A stretch of DNA of 64,000 nucleotides from Tubiluchus corallicola (Eukaryota > Animalia > Priapulida). The notes below the pieces were generated by a model. It did no database searches and had not been told where the DNA came from. It was given only the letters and a program-made list of their open reading frames with translations. Made by a program: the position numbers and the translations under genes. How positions within the stretch are numbered: position 1 is the stretch's first letter; the number at the start of each line of letters is the position of its first letter. Shown here piece by piece: positions 61,221-64,000 of the stretch. The stretch lies in the NCBI GenBank assembly GCA_030141605.1, contig JAQGDQ010000172.1, positions 1-64,000 on the forward strand, in the 5' to 3' direction.

Positions 61221-63457
61221 AGTGTGAATAACAATTATTAAAATGTAATTTTTGTACAGCTTTGATTTTTTGTTTATTTTTTGTAGATTTTCTTTAATTG
61301 TTTTATTAAGTTTTTTGTTTGTTTTCTTTGATTTTTATGTTATTTCAGTATATTTCTAGTTCTGCTTTGGCTAATGCACTTGTTAAAATACTTTTACTTT
61401 TAAGATTGTTTCAAGTATGGACTGCGTTTGAGCCAGTAGTCATGCAGGATATGTTACAGAAACCATCTCAGCGTTCCAAATACATAGTAACAAATGACGT
61501 TCTTTCTGCAGTCTTCAAAAGTCTGATTCGTTTCGGTATTTTCATATATTACTCACAAGTTGTTTCAAAATATAATGCATTAAAGCGTTCTGTTTATTAA
61601 TAACCTTTATATTGAAAAGTCTTGCTTAATAATATTTTATTTGTACACCAATTTTGTGACTTTTTTAAATTATTCAATTCCATATTCAAAATTAATATAA
61701 AAAAAGCCTTCTCACAGTTTCATTGTGTGCACGCCCAGTTGCTGTAGGTCAAAGGTTAAGTGTACCACAGCCATCCTTCTTAACTACAACCGTCACGTGA
61801 TGTAAAGGAAAGCCATCTGCCACCTCAGTTCAGTAACTTCAGTTGTTTTATATAGACTTTACTTAATTATGCATGTGGAATCATTTACTAGCAGCATCTT
61901 ACTTGGGAACAAGAAAAAATGGACTGGGTAAGGTTCTAGCTAGCTGTTAAAACTGTTACTATTACAACAGCTTGGGCTACGAGGCGCTGTCAAGTATACA
62001 CAAATGCATTGTCTGGTAAACTTAACCTTTGGCCTTTTCACGATCATCATCAATTACTGGAACTGTAAAAGGTCTTATTGATACAAAAGACCCTATTTAT
62101 TTTGTATTTCAGATTATAATTTATCTCTGCATAACCTAAATGATTTTAGTGACATGGTAGCACATTTTCTGCGAAAAGACCTTCACTACTATTATGTATG
62201 TATTCGTTTTATAAAGTACTCTATTTTTGCTATTAATCACTGTTACGCAAGCCATTTGCTTTCTGAAAACCTGTCTTAATGAGATATAACTAGTTTCTGA
62301 ACACCAATGTAAAACAAGAATGTCCTTAAGGAAAAGCTCTTCAATAAGCAGAGATTAGTTAGTCCATAGAGAGACATGGAAAATTTTTCTGCTTTAAAAT
62401 TTGAATTTGTTATTCTAAGTCATCTCCAGTAAAGGCTAAAGGATAAATCACAGTTTAGCATTAATTGGTTGGCCACATAGCTGTTCATATTTTTTTTTTG
62501 TTTATTAGTTGTGTAAGTTGAAGTTTGTTTCAGATTGTAGTAATTTGTTCTTCACCATGTGGGGAATGTTAAAGTCTCATAGACAGTGGTGTAGATAAAA
62601 TAGGGGAGCAACCGATCCCCAAGTACTTTTTCAAAAAGCTGGCACCTGTTTTTTAACTCTTTAGTTCACTTGTGCAGTAAAAGTCAAATCTTTTTTACTT
62701 TTTTAATCACATGACCTTGGAAGAATTTCATGGAATCATTACTTTATTTCTGTATTTCCTTTACAACTGTATCTTTTTTGTGTTTTGAAAATTCTTCACA
62801 AAATTAAAATGTATAATGAAGGCATTAAAAATTTTTTGATACGTGTACGCCACCGTTTTTAAGTATTTGCTCCCTGTAACTTTAGAACCTGGCTGCACTC
62901 CTGGTCACCGAAAATGGATGTCATAAATACGTGATGCCAGTTCTTGTCTCGAAATGATCACCATGCTGACCTTTAAACAGCTTCTTCCGTATCTTGCATT
63001 GTGGCTGTAGCTCACACCTAGAATCATCAGGCGGCTGACCAGGATTCGGTTTTCAAGTATTGAAAAAATGGCAGCCTTAAATCTTGCTTCATAATTTTTG
63101 GTCCTAATTTTTTTTGAAATTATTTAGTTTCCTCTATGCTCTAGTTAATTTGATGCTTGTTTGTGTATATATTGTAATCATACTTGTTTCCATTTATCAC
63201 TAGAAATTTGTTTATTTTATGGTGAAGTGTTGTATATATGTTTTATTTCGTTACATTTTTAGATTGATAGGCTAAGCCAGGTTTCGTTGATACAATCCAT
63301 TGTGTGTGACAAAGTATCGTTTTCGGATTTGTTGAAAGATGTCAATATTGATGCAGATGCAGTTTCTACTGCATTATGCAACAGTAATGATACCTGGTAC
63401 TTTACCCTCGAGGAGATGAACATACCTTTTGCTGAAAAAGAAAACATCAGTCGCACG
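663..63457 (+). CDS. Giant ABCA-subfamily ABC transporter, partial (64 exons; TM1 plus a tandemly amplified ECD1; start exon upstream, rest downstream)
   Basis: ABCA N-terminal motif (WPLxxFLI...CxxxxxALPSAGxLPFxQxxxC) across exons 663-756 and 6103-6223. All 64 GT-AG exons join in phase with no stop (10,617 nt). Orthology within ABCA1/2/4/7/12/13 cannot be resolved from this window. Confidence 0.92.
1898..2440. mobile_element. Kolobok-like MITE (543 bp)
   Basis: TTAA on both sides; TIR RRGAAAACCGGACGATTGT and ACAATCGTCCGGTTTTCTT; purine-purine termini. Confidence 0.78.
6103..6223 (+). CDS. ABCA exon N2 (CEYDARALPSAGVLPFLQSMVCSLDNECRSPDYEASKSPP)
   Basis: ttcag|...|gtaaga, 121 nt, phase 1-2; ABCA PSAG motif; absent from the ORF track. 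Confidence 0.95.
7501..7581. repeat. Inverted repeat (hairpin), 34-bp arms with (AT)n spacer
   Basis: CTTGAACGTCCTTAGCTTGGGAACCTACTATAAA ... TTTATAGTAGGGTCCCGAGCTAAGGAAGTTCAAG, 3 mismatches. Confidence 0.9.
7848..7990 (+). CDS. ABCA exon N3, D-type (AQQLVSRLAPYMNDPEIK...IKDLI)
   Basis: tttag|...|gtaagt, 143 nt, phase 2-1. Confidence 0.9.
8456..8586 (+). CDS. Module 1 exon A (ENGLTIGDLFKNQEELVPYL...LLQSRINMDE)
   Basis: tgcag|...|gtaagc, 131 nt, phase 1-0; resembles ABCA1 LKLQDFLVDNETFSGFL. Confidence 0.9.
9228..9450. repeat. Degenerate (ATC)n microsatellite
   Basis: catcatcaccat... Confidence 0.85.
10925..11175. mobile_element. Possible PIF/Harbinger-like MITE remnant
   Basis: GC-richer block with repeated GCGAG/CTCGC motifs, ending CTCGCTAGTCTGAACCCACCG then TAA; left TIR degenerate. 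Confidence 0.35.
11505..11705 (+). CDS. Module 1 exon B (FKGVACNESALQEYLIL...KALCALD)
   Basis: ttcag|...|gttagt, 201 nt, phase 0-0, two Cys; resembles ABCA4 DIACSEALLERFII...YALCSL. Confidence 0.9.
12405..12610 (+). CDS. Module 1 exon C
   Basis: tttag|...|gtatgt, 206 nt, phase 0-2. Confidence 0.87.
12868..12998 (+). CDS. Module 1 exon D (IDTFLNDLDPMLQDNPKWNELK...)
   Basis: ttcag|...|gtacat, 131 nt, phase 2-1. Confidence 0.87.
14014..14366 (+). CDS. Module 2 fused exon A+B
   Basis: ttcag|...|gtgagt, 353 nt, phase 1-0, two Cys (ICQN...ICKD). Confidence 0.88.
14391..15298. mobile_element. Tc1/mariner (pogo-like) MITE (908 bp)
   Basis: TA TSD; 27-bp TIRs CTATAAAATGGGGTGAATAGGCACAGT and ACTGTCCCTATTCACCCCATTTTGCAG; internal copies of the GGGGTGAATAGGGACA motif near 14805, 15034 and 15089. 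Confidence 0.8.
15736..15929 (+). CDS. Module 2 exon C (LDNANKTIANERINWTHAF...)
   Basis: tttag|...|gtatgt, 194 nt, phase 0-2. Confidence 0.85.
16680..16750. repeat. (AAT)n microsatellite; another lies at 16330-16355
   Basis: taataataat... Confidence 0.85.
17374..17504 (+). CDS. Module 2 exon D
   Basis: ttcag|...|gtaaga, 131 nt, phase 2-1. Confidence 0.85.
17534..18445. mobile_element. pogo/Tigger-like MITE (912 bp)
   Basis: TIRs CAGTAGGCGCTGCTTAATAGACTCAC and GTGAGTCTATTAAGTGGGGTTTACTG followed by TA; subterminal TAATWGACTCA repeats. Confidence 0.8.
19386..19483 (+). CDS. Module 3 exon A, short (ALLANWLEIFHSVSNYEAAKNAMQIVTDPENLA)
   Basis: tttag|...|gtaata, 98 nt, phase 1-0. Confidence 0.78.
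19840..19958. repeat. ~56-63 bp tandem duplication
   Basis: ATACCAAATGCTGATAGTTTGCTTC...TTCTTTGGATAC twice. Confidence 0.85.
20463..20633 (+). CDS. Module 3 exon B (ILCSEV...ITCNQ)
   Basis: tttag|...|gttagt, 171 nt, phase 0-0. Confidence 0.85.
21079..21287 (+). CDS. Module 3 exon C
   Basis: ttcag|...|gtaaga, 209 nt, phase 0-2. Confidence 0.85.
21483..21616 (+). CDS. Module 3 exon D (MSVATLELGPIAENNSDVWAVAG...)
   Basis: tacag|...|gtgggc, 134 nt, phase 2-1. Confidence 0.82.
21668..21938. mobile_element. Shorter inverted copy of the 17534-18445 Tigger-like MITE family (271 bp)
   Basis: TA then CATTAGGTGCCGCTTAATAGACTCAC; 21815-21938 is the reverse complement of ~17534-17700, and 21668-21760 of ~18350-18445. 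Confidence 0.78.
22038..22129 (+). CDS. Module 4 exon A, short (GQKEYFEELVMSGDGAEIVRNSLEMLIDPKK)
   Basis: aatag|...|gtttga, 92 nt, phase 1-0. Confidence 0.78.
22171..22905. mobile_element. Non-autonomous DNA transposon (MITE, 735 bp), Merlin-like termini
   Basis: ~38-45 bp TIRs GGCGCTATTACACTTTCRCACCGCCTAGCTTTT; perfect 8-bp TSD GGAGTTTT. Superfamily inferred only from the GG termini and TSD length. Confidence 0.85.
23109..23294 (+). CDS. Module 4 exon B (VLCDS...FFCDP)
   Basis: tgtag|...|gtaaaa, 186 nt, phase 0-0. Confidence 0.85.
23789..24003 (+). CDS. Module 4 exon C
   Basis: ttcag|...|gtgaca, 215 nt, phase 0-2. Confidence 0.85.
25029..25171 (+). CDS. Module 4 exon D (IGDDTVLLLQEVDNALKGLREWEDVK...)
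   Basis: tttag|...|gttagt, 143 nt, phase 2-1. Confidence 0.85.
25473..25783 (+). CDS. Module 5 fused exon A+B
   Basis: tacag|...|gtatcg, 311 nt, phase 1-0, two Cys (NLCTN...KLCEH). Confidence 0.87.
26549..26677 (+). CDS. Module 5 exon C, part 1 (LDGTLNTTFVKVNWTSVVK...)
   Basis: attag|...|gtattt, 129 nt, phase 0-0. Confidence 0.78.
27017..27084 (+). CDS. Module 5 exon C, part 2 (VNTSILREAVQQYDLYYQPVKSE)
   Basis: tttag|...|gtaagt, 68 nt, phase 0-2. Confidence 0.8.
27486..27643 (+). CDS. Module 5 exon D
   Basis: tttag|...|gtaata, 158 nt, phase 2-1. Confidence 0.85.
28254..28375 (+). CDS. Module 6 exon A (GTDVVIENLLESDELNKLL...)
   Basis: ttcag|...|gtaagt, 122 nt, phase 1-0. Confidence 0.9.
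29429..29641 (+). CDS. Module 6 exon B (VCNDT...LPPNASVD...VCNQVNW)
   Basis: ttcag|...|gtaggt, 213 nt, phase 0-0. Confidence 0.9.
30050..30270 (+). CDS. Module 6 exon C
   Basis: tatag|...|gtaatt, 221 nt, phase 0-2. Confidence 0.9.
31177..31343 (+). CDS. Module 6 exon D
   Basis: gccag|...|gtattc, 167 nt, phase 2-1. Confidence 0.9.
31690..31985. repeat. Degenerate (AAC/AGC)n microsatellite
   Basis: aacaacaacagcagca... Confidence 0.85.
32312..32433 (+). CDS. Module 7 exon A (GGNVLVDNLVKSEELDKVIR...)
   Basis: ttcag|...|gtaagt, 122 nt, phase 1-0. Confidence 0.9.
33163..33369 (+). CDS. Module 7 exon B (ICNET...LPPNSTVD...FCNQVNWTKLY)
   Basis: tttag|...|gtaagt, 207 nt, phase 0-0. Confidence 0.9.
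34655..34881 (+). CDS. Module 7 exon C
   Basis: ttcag|...|gtgacg, 227 nt, phase 0-2. Confidence 0.88.
35505..35668 (+). CDS. Module 7 exon D
   Basis: tctag|...|gtaagc, 164 nt, phase 2-1. Confidence 0.9.
35975..36096 (+). CDS. Module 8 exon A
   Basis: tttag|...|gtgagt, 122 nt, phase 1-0. Confidence 0.9.
36600..36806 (+). CDS. Module 8 exon B
   Basis: tatag|...|gtacgt, 207 nt, phase 0-0. Confidence 0.9.
37509..37726 (+). CDS. Module 8 exon C
   Basis: ttcag|...|gtaagt, 218 nt, phase 0-2. Confidence 0.9.
38005..38170. repeat. 83-bp tandem duplication
   Basis: AAAAGCTTATATTATAGTGAGGGTTTA...AAAATACTTATTC twice (38005-38087, 38088-38170). Confidence 0.9.
38189..38352 (+). CDS. Module 8 exon D
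   Basis: tccag|...|gtaggc, 164 nt, phase 2-1. Confidence 0.88.
39196..39314 (+). CDS. Module 9 exon A
   Basis: tttag|...|gtatat, 119 nt, phase 1-0. Confidence 0.87.
39956..40153 (+). CDS. Module 9 exon B (VCTN...LPPNSRVD...LCLQTDW)
   Basis: tgcag|...|gtaagc, 198 nt, phase 0-0. Confidence 0.9.
41365..41576 (+). CDS. Module 9 exon C
   Basis: ttcag|...|gtaagt, 212 nt, phase 0-2. Confidence 0.9.
42271..42404 (+). CDS. Module 9 exon D (FLNVSLPLLMAQASTFMNKL...)
   Basis: tctag|...|gtaact, 134 nt, phase 2-1. Confidence 0.85.
43247..43582. mobile_element. Degenerate hAT-type MITE (336 bp)
   Basis: CAGGG... and ...CTGGCCTTG termini; near-TSD ACTGAATC / ACTGAATG; subterminal TAGGCAAACTAGGCAATTGCCTA. 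Confidence 0.6.
43751..43866 (+). CDS. Module 10 exon A (DKPRLLHVGQESYKLQYLIRNLWDFIDAWIY...)
   Basis: ttcag|...|gtatgt, 116 nt, phase 1-0. Confidence 0.82.
44037..44249 (+). CDS. Module 10 exon B (FCHF...IPPNSTFN...LCNI)
   Basis: tttag|...|gttatt, 213 nt, phase 0-0; an alternative in-frame donor lies after 44237. Confidence 0.82.
44571..44740 (+). CDS. Module 10 exon C (...PPPWLNDTYWIEAYEDFWTQVQ)
   Basis: attag|...|gtaagc, 170 nt, phase 0-2; 5' boundary less certain. Confidence 0.75.
45229..45353 (+). CDS. Module 10 exon D
   Basis: ttcag|...|gtaagt, 125 nt, phase 2-1. Confidence 0.87.
45627..45751 (+). CDS. Module 11 exon A (EQISIDDLFYRDDQLKKFV...)
   Basis: tttag|...|gtatgt, 125 nt, phase 1-0. 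Confidence 0.88.
46727..46930 (+). CDS. Module 11 exon B (ICEN...LCVLNIT)
   Basis: tccag|...|gtatgt, 204 nt, phase 0-0. Confidence 0.9.
47605..47774 (+). CDS. Module 11 exon C
   Basis: gcag|cag (NAGNAG acceptor)...|gtaagt, 170 nt, phase 0-2. Confidence 0.85.
48245..48381 (+). CDS. Module 11 exon D
   Basis: tccag|...|gtacat, 137 nt, phase 2-1. Confidence 0.85.
49067..49197 (+). CDS. Module 12 exon A (NNGTIDFADMFVDTKELHRLL...)
   Basis: tacag|...|gttaga, 131 nt, phase 1-0. Confidence 0.87.
49484..49675 (+). CDS. Module 12 exon B (FCDEE...LCGLNTT)
   Basis: tttag|...|gtaaga, 192 nt, phase 0-0. Confidence 0.9.
50213..50430 (+). CDS. Module 12 exon C
   Basis: ttcag|...|gtaagt, 218 nt, phase 0-2. 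Confidence 0.87.
50582..50882. mobile_element. Old Charlie/Buster-like hAT MITE remnant
   Basis: CAGTGATTTCCA and GGTTGGAAACCACTG ends resemble the TIR of the 52340 element; TSD not preserved. Confidence 0.45.
51493..51620 (+). CDS. Module 12 exon D
   Basis: cctag|...|gttagt, 128 nt, phase 2-1. Confidence 0.85.
52340..53050 (+). mobile_element. Internally deleted Buster/Charlie-type hAT DNA transposon (711 bp)
   Basis: Perfect 15-bp TIRs CAGTGGTTCCCAACC and GGTTGGGAACCACTG; perfect 8-bp TSD GCATACAT; retains the transposase C-terminal dimerisation segment [37 protein letters not shown]...QEQRAH* (~52600-52788). Confidence 0.93.
53130..53254 (+). CDS. Module 13 exon A (ENLTVDDLFQDFPHVRKFLK...)
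   Basis: tttag|...|gtatgt, 125 nt, phase 1-0. Confidence 0.9.
53522..53704 (+). CDS. Module 13 exon B (LCTEDRKLGNLL...LLCID)
   Basis: tacag|...|gtatgt, 183 nt, phase 0-0. Confidence 0.9.
55188..55402 (+). CDS. Module 13 exon C
   Basis: ttcag|...|gtaagt, 215 nt, phase 0-2. Confidence 0.88.
55734..55858 (+). CDS. Module 13 exon D
   Basis: tatag|...|gtgagc, 125 nt, phase 2-1. Confidence 0.85.
56037..56161 (+). CDS. Module 14 exon A
   Basis: tctag|...|gtactt, 125 nt, phase 1-0. Confidence 0.9.
57415..57594 (+). CDS. Module 14 exon B (LCTEDGKLGNLL...LLCVD)
   Basis: tttag|...|gtatga, 180 nt, phase 0-0. Confidence 0.9.
58009..58232 (+). CDS. Module 14 exon C
   Basis: gttag|...|gtgagt, 224 nt, phase 0-2. 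Confidence 0.85.
58635..58765 (+). CDS. Module 14 exon D (LISQLDELMPLLENSTVGRELIRQI...)
   Basis: tgtag|...|gtaagt, 131 nt, phase 2-1. Confidence 0.87.
59250..59380 (+). CDS. Module 15 exon A (NRTLTLNEMVNNSTQFIEVL...)
   Basis: ttcag|...|gtaaca, 131 nt, phase 1-0. Confidence 0.87.
60239..60427 (+). CDS. Module 15 exon B (LCNTS...ICSLNVT)
   Basis: tttag|...|gtacct, 189 nt, phase 0-0; in-frame alternative acceptors give starts at 60245 and 60248. Confidence 0.85.
60748..60843. repeat. (GAT)n microsatellite
   Basis: gatgatgataatgat... Confidence 0.85.
60935..61149 (+). CDS. Module 15 exon C
   Basis: ttcag|...|gtatgt, 215 nt, phase 0-2. Confidence 0.88.
61186..61216. repeat. (GT)n microsatellite
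   Basis: gtgtgtgt..., ~37 nt downstream of a splice donor. Confidence 0.9.
61405..61535 (+). CDS. Module 15 exon D
   Basis: ttaag| (rare AAG acceptor)...|gtattt, 131 nt, phase 2-1. Confidence 0.75.
62113..62195 (+). CDS. Module 16 exon A, short (DYNLSLHNLNDFSDMVAHFLRKDLHYYY)
   Basis: ttcag|...|gtatgt, 83 nt, phase 1-0. Confidence 0.72.
62584..62903. mobile_element. Possible degenerate hAT MITE
   Basis: CAGTGGTGTAG and CTGCACTCCTG ends; subterminal GGGAGCAA / TTGCTCCC inverted pair; TSD poorly matched. Confidence 0.35.
63263..63457 (+). CDS. Module 16 exon B (IVCDK...ALCNS)
   Basis: tttag|...|gtgaga, 195 nt, phase 0-0. Confidence 0.85.
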
Positions 63458-63974
63458 GTGAGAGAACATTTTGAACTGTCTGTTTACACTTTTTAAAATA
63501 ATTCACTCTGAGTAATTATCTTGAAAGAATTCAAATATTGCTTATGGTAAGGGTTACCATTCTTGTTTAAGAAGCTGCAATAGAGATAGTTTTCAAGAGA
63601 AAGGCTGTGTGGGTTGTCTAAACACAATAAAGGTAGTACTAACATAGCAAACACTTTTACATGGTAAAAATCAGTTTGTGAATCTTGAATTTTGGCAATG
63701 TCTTAAAGAGTTTTTAAAGCATTGGGCATGATTTGTTCTGTACTTTAGCAGCAACTATTGGGTAACTAATCTGTTGAATGTTAAACTCAGCTGTTCAAAA
63801 ATTTTTGTAGCTGTATTTAAATTTTTGCACAATTGCATAATTTTAAATTTAAGCTTAATGATTACAAACTTGATATGTCTATTCATGACATTTAGACATG
63901 AGAAATTGGGGATGTTCATAAAGTCTGTTGAATTCCCAGTGTCTAGTAGTGCTGAAACAGTGAAAAGGTAGCAC

Positions 63975-64000
63975 CAGTGGCGGCTCGTGTATAGGTACTG
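63975..64000. mobile_element. Probable start of a hAT element, cut by the window edge
   Basis: CAGTGGCGGCTCGTG, a hAT-like terminus; the other end is not visible. Confidence 0.3.

Noticed and set aside
8456-63457. Reading the modules as a cluster of separate paralogous genes, or as Dscam-like mutually exclusive exons
   Set aside because: There are no start, signal-peptide or stop exons between modules. Exon classes alternate A-B-C-D rather than clustering by class, and all join in one frame.
63896-63967. Candidate exon HEKLGMFIKSVEFPVSSSAETVK (tttag|...|gtagca)
   Set aside because: It is phase 2-2, whereas the preceding exon ends in phase 0, and the phase-0 reading hits TGA at once. Not included unless an exon was missed.
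1-64000. Prokaryotic features (operons, CRISPR arrays, rRNA/tRNA genes)
   Set aside because: The window has spliceosomal exon-intron structure throughout, with no repeat-spacer array or structured RNA gene.

Overview
AT-rich intron-rich eukaryotic DNA, probably from an invertebrate animal. The whole window is the 5' part of one + strand gene, an ABCA-subfamily lipid transporter. The ABCA N-terminal signature (TM1 'IFEVCWPLAVFLIVWIIRR', then 'C-EYDARALPSAGVLPFLQSMVCSLDNEC') is in the exons at 663-756 and 6103-6223. By hand I spliced 64 GT-AG exons (663..63457, 10,617 nt, about 3,539 aa) into one stop-free frame. After the first three exons the protein is a tandem array of at least 16 diverged copies of a ~205-240 aa module. 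Each module is encoded by a 4-exon cassette (phases 1-0, 0-0, 0-2, 2-1) and carries exactly one Cys pair. The module resembles the ABCA1/ABCA4 extracellular domain 1 (ECD1) tunnel/lid segment. No second TM helix or nucleotide-binding domain (NBD) is reached, so ECD1 alone exceeds 3,400 aa. The start exon lies upstream and the rest of the gene downstream of the window. Introns hold non-autonomous DNA transposons (Buster-type hAT, pogo/Tigger-like, Kolobok-like, Merlin-like), microsatellites, local tandem duplications and a hairpin. Exon calls are manual predictions without RNA evidence, and comparisons to human ABCA genes are from memory.
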